A DNA stretch of 64,000 bases from Syntrophomonadaceae bacterium (GCA_012511795.1 JAAZFJ010000162.1:66-64065); one strand, 5' to 3'. Shown: positions 9,042 through 17,710, numbered from the stretch's first letter. Made by a program: numbers and translations. The notes: generated by a model from the sequence alone, not told the origin.

Positions 9042-10085
9042 ATGACTAGACTGACTGAGATGGTTCGGGCAGCCGGATGAGCTGCTAAAATGGGTCCGGG
9101 GACCCTTGAAGAAATATTAAAAGATTTTGTATTTCCCACTGACCCTAATCTCCTGGTAGGACTGGAGACTAGGGATGATGCAGGTGTTTATAAAATAAAT
9201 GATGAAATTGCTATTATACAAACCCTGGATTTTTTTACACCCATGGTAGACGATCCGTTTATTTTTGGACAGATAGCTGCGACCAATGCCATCAATGACA
9301 TTTACGCCATGGGCGGTAAACCGCTCTTGGCTATGAATATAGTCTGTTTTCCTGATTGCGGAGATCTGGGTTTATTAAAACAAATACTGGCCGGCGGACT
9401 TGACAAGATTAAAGAAGCAGATGCCTTCCTGATAGGAGGACATACCGTAGATGATAATGAACCAAAATATGGACTGGCTGTCTGCGGTATCATTCATCCG
9501 GATAAAATAATATCAAACAGCGGGGCACAGAAGGATGATATATTGTTGTTAACAAAGCCCCTGGGAAACGGAGTTATATCAACTGGAATCAAGGCTGATC
9601 TGGCATCTGACGACGCTTATTCAGAAGCAACCCGCTGGATGTCTATTTTAAATAAAGATGCATGTTCGGTTATGCAAAAAATTGGCGTTCATGGTGCAAC
9701 TGATGTTACGGGATTTGGATTTCTAGGGCATCTTTTTGAATTGGCCGTGGCCAGCGATGTTTCAGTGGAGGTGGTAGCCGATCAGGTACCTTTCATGACC
9801 GGAACATTGGAATATGCCCAAATGGGACTAATACCTGGTGGTGCCTATAAAAACCGTGATTATCTAAATGGAAAAGTACAATTTTTTCCTGATGTTAAGC
9901 AGGAAATTAGAGATGTGCTTTTTTCGCCAGAAACAGCAGGCGGTATTTTGATGTCCGTTGACCAGGATAAACTACCGCAAATCACAGATAGTTTACAGCA
10001 GGAAGGATGCTTTTTCTCCATAGTTGGACGAGTATTGCGTAAAGGTTTTCAACCGATTAGGGTTATAAACTCCGACCGTGGCTAA
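9042..10085 (+). CDS. selD: Selenide, water dikinase SelD; selenoprotein (Sec at codon 13)
   Basis: RBS GGGAGGGG then ATG 9042 reads MTRLTEMVRAAG-UGA(9078-9080)-AAKMGPG, in frame with ORF 9090..10085 (DDAGVY, DFFTP, GGHT, TDVTGFG). Confidence 0.95.
9092..9105 (+). promoter_or_regulatory. Bacterial SECIS-like hairpin in selD
   Basis: GGGTC-CGGG-GACCC stem-loop starting 11 nt after the in-frame UGA. Confidence 0.75.
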
Positions 10086-10109
10086 GTCTGTAAAAAAGGG
10101 GGAGCAGAA

Positions 10110-10322
10110 TTGGAACGCAAACAATTTGAGCTGGGAGATATAGTGAGAATGAAAAAATCACATCCTTGTGGCAGTTATAGCTGGGAAATCACGCGCATGG
10201 GTGCTGATATAAAAATTAAATGCCTGGGATGCGCCAGGATAGTAATGCTTCCCCGCAGTCAATTTGAAAAAAGAATGGTTAGGGTGGAAAGTAAGAAGAA
10301 CCAGGACCAATCATCCCCCTGA
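10110..10322 (+). CDS. DUF951 family protein (YyzM-like)
   Basis: LGDIVRMKKSHPCGS..WEITRMGADIKIKCLGC motif; usual position upstream of rpsF. Confidence 0.9.
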   Translation: MERKQFELGDIVRMKKSHPCGSYSWEITRMGADIKIKCLGCARIVMLPRSQFEKRMVRVESKKNQDQSSP

Positions 10323-10365
10323 TGCATAATATATAACAAGCTAAAAGGGCTGGGGGTGATAATTA

Positions 10366-10581
10366 ATGAATTTAAAAATAGTATCAACATCCCGATTTGC
10401 TTGTGGTGATTTGGTTACCGTAAAATCTTTAGGCGAAGGCAAGCACTTTTGTATAATAGCAATCAAAAGAGAAGATAACCATGAACCAATTGCGGTATTA
10501 AAAGCCCTTTTTAATGAAACCTACATTATCGAACAGCCTCTTAAAGAATTGAAGAGCTTGCTTATCAAAGGCAAGCTTTAA
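10366..10581 (+). CDS. Small hypothetical protein, possibly sporulation (SigK) controlled
   Basis: 71-aa ORF with RBS GGGGGTG; AC-N17-CATAATATA motif at 10306-10333. Confidence 0.65.
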   Translation: MNLKIVSTSRFACGDLVTVKSLGEGKHFCIIAIKREDNHEPIAVLKALFNETYIIEQPLKELKSLLIKGKL

Positions 10582-10582
10582 C

Positions 10583-10611
10583 TTGCATACGCAATCCATT
10601 CCTGATATAAT
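10583..10611 (+). promoter_or_regulatory. SigA promoter of rpsF-ssb-rpsR
   Basis: TTGCAT-N17-TATAAT with TG extension. Confidence 0.85.
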
Positions 10612-10619
10612 TTACGGAA

Positions 10620-10689
10620 GTCCCTGCTCCGGTTTATCAATCGGGGCCTTTACCCATGTTTGGGTTAGTCCATAGGGAGGAGGTGTATT
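10620..10689 (+). ncRNA. S6:S18 ribosomal protein leader (autogenous regulatory RNA)
   Basis: Outer TCCCT/AGGGA pairing overlaps the SD. Inner stems GCTCCGGTT/AATCGGGGC and ACCCA/TGGGT. Lies in the rpsF 5' UTR. Confidence 0.7.
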
Positions 10690-10983
10690 ATGCGTTCGTA
10701 TGAAATGATGTTCATTTTGAAGCCGGACCTGTCTGAAGAGGTGGTCGCTGAAACCAAAGAAAGGCTGCAATCGATTATTGCAGACTTTGGTGGTGAATTT
10801 GTCAATCAGGCAGATGGATGGGGCAAAAAACGCCTGGCATATAGCATCCAGGATTATCTGGAAGGCGTTTACAGCTTATGGTTTTTCAAAGGTACAGCGG
10901 ATACTGTCCAGGAATTGGATAGGGTTATCAAATTATCCGATAAATTTCTACGTCACATGATAATTCGTCAGGATGAAAAGTAG
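10690..10983 (+). CDS. rpsF: 30S ribosomal protein S6
   Basis: MRSYEMMFILKPDL..WGKKRLAYSI. Confidence 0.98.
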   Translation: MRSYEMMFILKPDLSEEVVAETKERLQSIIADFGGEFVNQADGWGKKRLAYSIQDYLEGVYSLWFFKGTADTVQELDRVIKLSDKFLRHMIIRQDEK

Positions 10984-11004
10984 CTAAGTTGGGGGTGTAT
11001 AAAC

Positions 11005-11439
11005 TTGCTTAACAGAGTTATTTTGATTGGCCGATTGACTCGTGACCCGGAGCTAAGGTATTTACAAAATGGAACAGCAGTTGCTTCATTTACTTTAGCA
11101 GTTGACCGCAAATACAATAAAGAGGAAACTGATTTTATTGATATCGTAGCTTGGCGGCAATTAGCTGAACACTGTGCCAACTATCTGAGCAAAGGAAGAC
11201 TGGTGGCTGTGGAAGGAAGATTACAGATTCGCAGCTACGAAGACAAAGAAGGGCAAAAGCGTAAGAGCGCTCAAGTTGTTGCTGACGATGTGCGTTTTCT
11301 TGATAAAGGGACTAGCTCTGCCAAAACTACAGCTTCAGCAAACCCGCTCAATGATGATTGGGAAGCACTGGGACGTGAAGTTAGCCGGGATGAAATAGAC
11401 ATAGTAGAAAACCAACGAGATGATGAGATACCTTTCTAA
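11005..11439 (+). CDS. ssb: Single-stranded DNA-binding protein
   Basis: MLNRVILIGRLTRDPELRY; C-terminal DDEIPF. Confidence 0.98.
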   Translation: MLNRVILIGRLTRDPELRYLQNGTAVASFTLAVDRKYNKEETDFIDIVAWRQLAEHCANYLSKGRLVAVEGRLQIRSYEDKEGQKRKSAQVVADDVRFLDKGTSSAKTTASANPLNDDWEALGREVSRDEIDIVENQRDDEIPF

Positions 11440-11457
11440 ACAAAGGAGGGAACATTT

Positions 11458-11682
11458 TTGAAAAAAGACAGACGTAAAAAAAGACGTCAGTGTAATTTTT
11501 GTGCTGATAAAATAGAGGCAATAGATTACAAGGAGATACCAAAATTACGCAGATATATTACTGAAAGAGGTAAAATCTTACCCCGCAGGATCACTGGCAA
11601 CTGTGCTAATCATCAGCGCCAGCTTACAATAGCAGTAAAAAGAGCGCGAGTCGTGGCTCTTCTACCTTATACAGCAGAATAA
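11458..11682 (+). CDS. rpsR: 30S ribosomal protein S18 (Zn-binding type)
   Basis: [25 protein letters not shown]. Confidence 0.98.
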   Translation: MKKDRRKKRRQCNFCADKIEAIDYKEIPKLRRYITERGKILPRRITGNCANHQRQLTIAVKRARVVALLPYTAE

Positions 11683-11690
11683 AGAAAATT

Positions 11691-11716
11691 AATAAGCCCT
11701 CATCAGAGGGCTTATT
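11691..11716 (+). terminator. Intrinsic terminator after rpsR
   Basis: AATAAGCCCTC-ATCA-GAGGGCTTATT. Confidence 0.8.
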
Positions 11717-11773
11717 TGCACTATCAGGGAAGTATAAGTTTTTAAAGGGCGATAGTATTAGCTCTTTACCCTT

Positions 11774-11810
11774 CACCCTTTGGGAACTAATGATGTTCGC
11801 TTTCGCTCAC
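11774..11810 (-). repeat. Dispersed inverted copy of the tRNA-Gly-associated mini-hairpin repeat
   Basis: Minus strand reads GTGAGCGAAAGCGAAC-ATCATTAGTTCCCAAAGGGTG; compare GCGAGCGAAGCGAAC-gtgaa-ATCATTGTGCCCGTAGGGTG at 15788-15827. Confidence 0.65.
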
Positions 11811-11934
11811 CCATAATGCTGCGGGTATTACGATGCTCTCTAGCCTTCGCCATTAAGGTAGCGGCGCAGTCGGGTTTTCTTTATCTTTTATCTCAAGAAA
11901 GAATAGGTTAAAGTGGTAGAAGAGAAATAGGGAG

Positions 11935-12258
11935 GTGAAATCATTGATTGGTAAGAGCAAAGAAATCGATATCGCCAAAAACTTGCGTGTCATTGAATGG
12001 CTGAAAGCTGATCTGGTAGATACAGTAGGCGCTTTATTCAAAGCTCTTTTAAAAAAAGGAGATGATGTGGCTGGCGATGCTTTAGCTTCCATTATAATTA
12101 TCTGTTATCTTTTGGGCAGACGTATTGGAATAGATTTTACCAGTACTGATGTTCAGATCAAAAGTAAATTAAATAATAGTATAGATAATGCAACTGAAAG
12201 TGAACAATGGAATACAGATCTTCTGGAATTACGTAATTATCTGGGAAAAAAGAGGTGA
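11935..12258 (+). CDS. MazG-like family protein
   Basis: DIAKNLRVIEWLKADL..DALASIIIICYLLGRRIGI; conserved position after rpsR in Clostridia. Confidence 0.82.
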   Translation: MKSLIGKSKEIDIAKNLRVIEWLKADLVDTVGALFKALLKKGDDVAGDALASIIIICYLLGRRIGIDFTSTDVQIKSKLNNSIDNATESEQWNTDLLELRNYLGKKR

Positions 12259-12262
12259 TTAT

Positions 12263-13222
12263 TTGCTGCCCTTATTTATTTTTTTAGCTCTATCAACAAT
12301 TGAATGCATTCTAATAGCACTAGTACCAGCAATAAGTTTACTTACAACTATTCTTTGGGGAGCAACCTTGATTATAGCGGGAACTTACGTATCTCGCAGC
12401 CAGTTATTCATAGTATTCCTGACTAATTTAGTTATACTTTTTATTCTTCTAGGGTTAAATGGCACTCTGCTTTTTCTGCTTTTTTTTGGGTTGGCAGGTA
12501 TAGCCATGAGTTATTTATCTAATTGCGATAACAATTATTATTTTATACAAAGAAGCGGTGTAGTTACTGTTTTAATTGGTATAAGCATTTTTTTATCATT
12601 TTTTTATTATGGGACTGATCAAGCAGGATTACCTGAACAGGAAGCAGAGTTAAAGGCGTATATGCAAGAAGCCATAGATAATTTTGAGGAATATGATTTT
12701 TATCAAATATATGAAGAACAGGGAATAACCAAAGCGGATATTGAAGAAAGTTTTAATGATATGGTAACCATTATTTTTAATCATTTACCCGCGCTATACT
12801 ATGTTCAGGGGATTATGGTAATATTTTTCATGCTATTTCTTGCTGAAAGGGTGAGCCAAACTCACGGAAACAAACGTCTAAAAAAACAGCCTTTTGTCAG
12901 AGAAATAATGCCCTGGCAGGTAGTATGGATATTTATTGCAGGACTGGGACTATGGTTGTGGGGGCGAGAACAAGCATCAAATATCTATTATGCAGGTTCA
13001 AATATCCTGGCCATAATTACCCCGATAGCTCTATATTACGGTTTATCAGTAGTTTTATATTTATGGTCAAAAACACATATGAAAAAAAATATATTTTTTA
13101 TGATTTTTGGACTCTTTTTTATATTAATTTTCACTATACCATTTATCATTTTATTAATTTTAATTGGGCTTTTTGATGCCCTGATAGATTATAGAAAAAT
13201 AAGGTTACAAGAGGAGGTCTAA
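12263..13222 (+). CDS. YybS/DUF2232 family membrane protein
   Basis: Multi-TM protein ending [11 protein letters not shown], directly before rplI. TTG 12263 follows RBS GAGGTG. Confidence 0.82.
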   Translation: MLPLFIFLALSTIECILIALVPAISLLTTILWGATLIIAGTYVSRSQLFIVFLTNLVILFILLGLNGTLLFLLFFGLAGIAMSYLSNCDNNYYFIQRSGVVTVLIGISIFLSFFYYGTDQAGLPEQEAELKAYMQEAIDNFEEYDFYQIYEEQGITKADIEESFNDMVTIIFNHLPALYYVQGIMVIFFMLFLAERVSQTHGNKRLKKQPFVREIMPWQVVWIFIAGLGLWLWGREQASNIYYAGSNILAIITPIALYYGLSVVLYLWSKTHMKKNIFFMIFGLFFILIFTIPFIILLILIGLFDALIDYRKIRLQEEV

Positions 13223-13227
13223 CATCT

Positions 13228-13677
13228 ATGGAAGTTATTTTGTTAAAAGATATAAAAGATTTAGGTAAAGCTGGAGAAAGAAAAGTATTGGCAGACGGAT
13301 ATGCCAGAAATTACTTAATTCCCAGAGGTTTGGCAGTCGAAGCCACGAAAGAAAGGCTTAAGGAAACCGAGGAAAAAAATCTAAAAGCACAAAAAATAAA
13401 GGAAAAAGAGATAAAGGCGGCAGAAAATTTAAAGCAGCAATTAGATGGGAAAACCATAAAAATAAGCCTGAGAACCGGTGGCGGCGATAAGCTTTTTGGA
13501 GCAGTAACCACCAAAGAAATAGCAGACATTCTGGATAAACAACTTAAAATAAAAATGGATAAGAAAAAAATAGAGATCAACGAACCTATTAAGCATTTAG
13601 GGGAGTATAAAATAAAAATCAAATTGTATTCTGCAATCCAAGCGGAAGTTAATTTGGTAGTTTCATCATCAGAATAG
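13228..13677 (+). CDS. rplI: 50S ribosomal protein L9
   Basis: [33 protein letters not shown]. Confidence 0.98.
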   Translation: MEVILLKDIKDLGKAGERKVLADGYARNYLIPRGLAVEATKERLKETEEKNLKAQKIKEKEIKAAENLKQQLDGKTIKISLRTGGGDKLFGAVTTKEIADILDKQLKIKMDKKKIEINEPIKHLGEYKIKIKLYSAIQAEVNLVVSSSE

Positions 13678-13693
13678 TTGTAGGAGGATTTAA

Positions 13694-15589
13694 GTGAAGC
13701 AGTATCAGATAAAGCAAAAGAAGCAGCCTTATTCACAGCATAATGAAATGGAATTAAGTTGGCGAGTAGAATCGATTTATAAAATACTAAAGAATATATA
13801 CGGTACCCAGGGTTTGATTTTGCGGGCCAGTAAGCTTGACGCCTTGGACCTTATGGGGTCGCCATTAATAGATGATCGTATTTTAGCCTTGCAAAAATTG
13901 CTGGAAGACCCCTGTATAAATGATGTAGGCAGTGCTTCTGACAGGGTAGATAAAGTGGATTATTTGGAATCCCTGGTTACAGATATTTATGCCCGTAAAA
14001 CAGTGGAAGAGGAACTCCAGCAACATATTCAAGCCAAAATTGACCAGAAATATAATGATTATTTACAGGAAATAAAGCTGGAAGTATTAAAAGAGCAAAC
14101 CGTCTGCCGGGAAAACGCGCAAACTTTAAAAAAATATGGTTATTTAGAAAAAATGGAGAAGACATCCCTTAATCACTCAGCACTGGATATACTTAGGCCA
14201 ACCTCATTAAAGGAGATTTTTGGCCAGGATAAAGCAATCAAATCTTTAATAACCAAGCTTAATACACCATATCCTCAGCATATCCTTCTCTATGGACCTC
14301 CTGGAGTGGGAAAAACTACTTGTGCACGATTAGCTCTTGAAATCGTTAAGGGTAGAAATAATTCCCCCTTTCAGAGGAATGCGCCTTTTATTGAAGTTGA
14401 TGGAACTACTTTACGCTGGGACCCGCGAGAATCAACAAATCCACTATTAGGATCAGTCCACGACCCGATATACCAGGGAGCCAGGCGGGAACTGGCAGAG
14501 GACGGAATTCCTGAACCAAAACCGGGGATGGTTTCAGATGCTCATGGAGGGATTTTGTTTATTGATGAAATTGGTGAAATGGACCCGCTCCTGCAAAATA
14601 AACTGCTTAAAGTCATGGAAGATAAAAGGGTTTATTTTGAATCATCCTATTATGATCCGCATGACAAAAGAATCCCCAAGTATATAAAGAAAATTTTTGA
14701 AGACGGGATCCCGGCAGATTTTGTTCTGATAGGTGCCACCACACGGAATAAAAATGATATCAATCCGGCATTTCGTTCCCGCTGTATGGAAATATATTTC
14801 GAACCGCTTCGAGCTGAACATATAAAACAAATTGTAAGACTTTCAGCCCAAAAGCTGAATATAAAGATAGAAGCGGGAGTTGATGACATAATTGCTGAAT
14901 ATACAAGTGATGGAAGAAACGCCAATAAAATTCTGGCAGATGGATATTCACTCAGTCTCTATGAAAACACGGAAAATAAAACACCCTTGGTAACCAGAGA
15001 ACATGTTTACGAGGTCATTCAAAACAACCGTATTATTCCGGATATAAACAGCAGAGCAAGTGATTCCAGTGAAATTGGGAAAATATTTGGTTTAGGTGTA
15101 GCAGGTTTTCGTGGTAGTTTAATGGAAATCGAGGCCATTGCCTTTACAACAGAAACAATGGGAAAAGGCTCGATCAGATTTAATGAAACAGCTGGATTAA
15201 TGGCGAAAGATTCGGTTTTTAACGCAGCTTCAGTTTTACGCAACGAATGTAACGAAAGCCTTCAAAATTATGATTTACATATTAATATAATTGGCGGCGG
15301 AAATGTTGATGGGCCTTCAGCAGGAGCAGGAATATTCCTGGTGATACTAAGTTCCATCAGACACAGACCTATTCGCCAGGATGTAGCCATAACGGGTGAA
15401 ATATCAATCCAGGGTAATGTTAAACCGGTGGGGGGAATCTATGAAAAAATATATGCAGCTAAACAGGCGGGAATAAAGAAAGTCTTGATACCGGAAAAGA
15501 ACCTAAAGGATATTCCCAACGGCATCAGCGGCATTCAAATTATTCCGATAAAGCACATAAATGAAGCATATCCGCATGTTTTTAATTAG
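13694..15589 (+). CDS. lonC: Lon-family ATP-dependent protease (LonC/LonB type)
   Basis: AAA+ GPPGVGKT, LFIDEIGE, LLGSVHDPIYQG; Lon protease DGPSAG and Lys in YEKIYAA; follows rplI. Confidence 0.88.
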   Translation: MKQYQIKQKKQPYSQHNEMELSWRVESIYKILKNIYGTQGLILRASKLDALDLMGSPLIDDRILALQKLLEDPCINDVGSASDRVDKVDYLESLVTDIYARKTVEEELQQHIQAKIDQKYNDYLQEIKLEVLKEQTVCRENAQTLKKYGYLEKMEKTSLNHSALDILRPTSLKEIFGQDKAIKSLITKLNTPYPQHILLYGPPGVGKTTCARLALEIVKGRNNSPFQRNAPFIEVDGTTLRWDPRESTNPLLGSVHDPIYQGARRELAEDGIPEPKPGMVSDAHGGILFIDEIGEMDPLLQNKLLKVMEDKRVYFESSYYDPHDKRIPKYIKKIFEDGIPADFVLIGATTRNKNDINPAFRSRCMEIYFEPLRAEHIKQIVRLSAQKLNIKIEAGVDDIIAEYTSDGRNANKILADGYSLSLYENTENKTPLVTREHVYEVIQNNRIIPDINSRASDSSEIGKIFGLGVAGFRGSLMEIEAIAFTTETMGKGSIRFNETAGLMAKDSVFNAASVLRNECNESLQNYDLHINIIGGGNVDGPSAGAGIFLVILSSIRHRPIRQDVAITGEISIQGNVKPVGGIYEKIYAAKQAGIKKVLIPEKNLKDIPNGISGIQIIPIKHINEAYPHVFN

Positions 15590-15599
15590 TGAGCTGTTT

Positions 15600-15629
15600 A
15601 AGTAGAAGGATCTCCTTCTACTTTTTTTT
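15600..15629 (+). terminator. Intrinsic terminator after lonC
   Basis: AAGTAGAAGGA-TC-TCCTTCTACTT followed by a T run. Confidence 0.85.
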
Positions 15630-15659
15630 GCAAATCATAAACTAAACATAGAAGTTCGG

Positions 15660-15688
15660 TTGACCTTTTTAGCTAATTTAGTTAAAAT
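15660..15688 (+). promoter_or_regulatory. SigA promoter of tRNA-Gly
   Basis: TTGACC-N17-TAAAAT. Confidence 0.8.
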
Positions 15689-15702
15689 ATCGTTGTTACT
15701 AA

Positions 15703-15777
15703 GCGGGAGTAGCTCAGTGGCAGAGCACCGGCTTCCCAAGCCGGGTGTCGAGGGTTCGAACCCCTTTTCCCGCTCCA
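15703..15777 (+). tRNA. tRNA-Gly (anticodon CCC)
   Basis: Cloverleaf GCGGGAG/TTCCCGC; anticodon arm CCGGC-TTCCCAA-GCCGG; T loop TTCGAAC; discriminator T plus CCA. Confidence 0.97.
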
Positions 15778-15945
15778 TTATAAAAAAGCGAGCGAAGCGA
15801 ACGTGAAATCATTGTGCCCGTAGGGTGCTCCATTATAAAAAAGCGAGCGAAGCGAACATGAAATCATTGTGCTCGCAGAGTGCTACATTTACTTATAAGC
15901 GAGCAAGGCGAGCCCGTAATCATTGTGTGCCCCCAAAAAGGGCTC
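15772..15945 (+). repeat. Three ~55-bp tandem repeats starting in the tRNA-Gly 3' end
   Basis: Units at 15772-15826 and 15827-15881 differ at 4 positions; a degenerate third unit starts at 15882. Confidence 0.9.
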
Positions 15946-16032
15946 TATACAAACTGAGCAGTGAATTGGTTGTATTTTACTGGAAAATACTCAATGACGA
16001 TGATTATTTATATACAGGAAAGGAGAACAACG

Positions 16033-16179
16033 ATGAACAAACATATTATAACCGTTGTGAAGCCGCATTTAAAAAGAGACAAGGAATTGATCAATTGTAG
16101 AGAGTGTGCTACTTCATGTCAATCTGCCTGTAAAACATCTTGCACCGTTGGTAACCAAACTTGCCGCAATAATAAATAA
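16033..16179 (+). CDS. scfA: SCIFF six-cysteine ranthipeptide precursor (48 aa)
   Basis: CRECATSCQSACKTSCTVGNQTC. RBS AAGGAG precedes ATG 16033; the ORF-track start at 15961 is too long. Confidence 0.95.
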   Translation: MNKHIITVVKPHLKRDKELINCRECATSCQSACKTSCTVGNQTCRNNK

Positions 16180-16222
16180 CAACCAAATTATCTAATGTTT
16201 TGAACTGTAGAGGAGAAATTAG

Positions 16223-17602
16223 TTGTTCCAGTTAGTAAATTACGATTTTGATTCCGATATTCATTTATATCATTTTAAAGAGTTAAAAATATTATTAGAT
16301 GTTAATAGCGGTGCGATCCATTTGCTGGATGAACTTGGTTTTAAAATAGTGCAGAATCTGATTAAATACCAAGGTGATCTTTACCGGGCGGTAGAAGCTT
16401 TTAGCAATGAATACCCGGAAGAAGAGCTAATGGAAGCTGCCTATGAATTGCTGGGTTTATGGGAAGATGGAGCTGTATTCACTGAAAAAGAGGAAGGACT
16501 TTCTTCTCTATTATCAACCCTAACAATAAAAGCACTTTGTCTGAATGTGGCACATTTGTGTAATATGAAATGTACATATTGTTTTGCCGGGCAAGGAGAA
16601 TTCAATACTAAAAAAGGGCTTATGTCGGTAGAGGTTGGGAAAAAATCTATCGACTTTTTAATTGCCAAAAGTGAGGGACACCGTCAGTTAGAAGTGGATT
16701 TTTTTGGAGGCGAACCTTTATTAAATATAGAAGTAGTCAAACAAATAGTTGATTATGCAAAAACGCGAGGCAAGGAAACCGGCCGACAGTTTAATTTCAC
16801 TTTAACAACTAACGCGGTACTCTTAACAGATGAAATTATGGATTTTATTAATGATAATGACATCGGTATCATTTTAAGCTTGGACGGAAGGCCTGAAATC
16901 AATGACCGGAATAGGCTTCTTAATAATGGTGCAGGCAGTTATGATATTATTTTACCCAACATTACAAAAGCCATAGCCAGCAACCCGGTAAGTTATTATG
17001 TAAGAGGTACCTTCACCCGTGATAATCATAACTTTTCCCTGGATGTACAACATATGGCAGAGCAGGGAATTGAATCATTATCTATGGAGCCTGCTGTAGG
17101 AGAAGATAATGAGTTTTCCATCCGCAGGGAAGATCTGCCTTGGGTTTTGGCTGAATATGAAAAACTGACAGAGCTATTGCTTAGTTATGTTAAAAAAGAA
17201 AAAAAGATTGATTTTTTCCACTTTAACCTTGATTTACAAAAGGGCCCGTGTCTGGCCAAAAGAATTAGCGGCTGTGGTGCTGGCACGGAATATCTAGTGA
17301 TTACTCCTGAAGGGGATATTTATCCTTGTCATCGTTTTGTGGGAGAAAAACAATTTTTTATGGGGAATTTAGACGATGAAAAAATATCTGCAGAAATACA
17401 AGAACTATTTAAAACCAATCATTTAGAAAACAAAGCAGAATGTGTTAAATGTTGGGCCAGATATTTTTGCGGCGGCGGATGCCATGCGAATAATTATTAT
17501 CGTAACCAGGATATAGTGAAGCCTGATGAAATTTCATGTGAAATGCAAAAAAAACGTATAGAAGCAGCTATTTATTTGGACATTCATAAAAGTTTATTAT
17601 AA
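16223..17602 (+). CDS. scfB: SCIFF radical SAM/SPASM thioether cross-link maturase
   Basis: LDVNSGAIH RRE-type N-terminus, CNMKCTYC, GCGAGTEY..IYPCHRF, CVKCWARYFCGGGC. Confidence 0.95.
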   Translation: MFQLVNYDFDSDIHLYHFKELKILLDVNSGAIHLLDELGFKIVQNLIKYQGDLYRAVEAFSNEYPEEELMEAAYELLGLWEDGAVFTEKEEGLSSLLSTLTIKALCLNVAHLCNMKCTYCFAGQGEFNTKKGLMSVEVGKKSIDFLIAKSEGHRQLEVDFFGGEPLLNIEVVKQIVDYAKTRGKETGRQFNFTLTTNAVLLTDEIMDFINDNDIGIILSLDGRPEINDRNRLLNNGAGSYDIILPNITKAIASNPVSYYVRGTFTRDNHNFSLDVQHMAEQGIESLSMEPAVGEDNEFSIRREDLPWVLAEYEKLTELLLSYVKKEKKIDFFHFNLDLQKGPCLAKRISGCGAGTEYLVITPEGDIYPCHRFVGEKQFFMGNLDDEKISAEIQELFKTNHLENKAECVKCWARYFCGGGCHANNYYRNQDIVKPDEISCEMQKKRIEAAIYLDIHKSLL

Positions 17603-17625
17603 CTGGAAAATATTTATGCTTGGAG

Positions 17626-17653
17626 GCAGGATTTTCTAATTAATTTCAAGAAT
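17626..17653 (+). promoter_or_regulatory. SigH-like promoter
   Basis: GCAGGATTT-N12-CAAGAAT matches RNAGGAWWW-N11/12-RNNGAAT except at the R of the -10 box. Confidence 0.55.
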
Positions 17654-17710
17654 AAATATTAGATTAATATACCTAAGATTAAATTATTATATCTAATATG
17701 GAGAGGTAAT

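Noticed and set aside
10320..10412. Sec readthrough of other TGA-ending ORFs (DUF951; also rpoE-like, alr, YwlE-like, DsrE-like)
   Set aside because: These TGAs fall at the natural C-termini of the families, and I noticed no SECIS-like hairpin or meaningful extension.
11853..12092. 79-aa minus-strand ORF
   Set aside because: Antisense shadow of the MazG-like gene with no recognisable motif.
15772..15832. attL/attR of a prophage or island at tRNA-Gly
   Set aside because: Only 6 nt of the tRNA end are repeated, at 55-bp spacing; there is no integrase or foreign cargo.
15772..15945. CRISPR array interpretation of the tandem repeats
   Set aside because: Units are contiguous and near-identical along their whole length, with no unique spacers, only three copies and no cas genes.
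15825..16100. 91-aa ORF over the repeats, and the long 15961 start for SCIFF
   Set aside because: The ORF is translated repeat sequence without an RBS and overlaps scfA out of frame. ATG 16033 has the RBS and matches SCIFF length.
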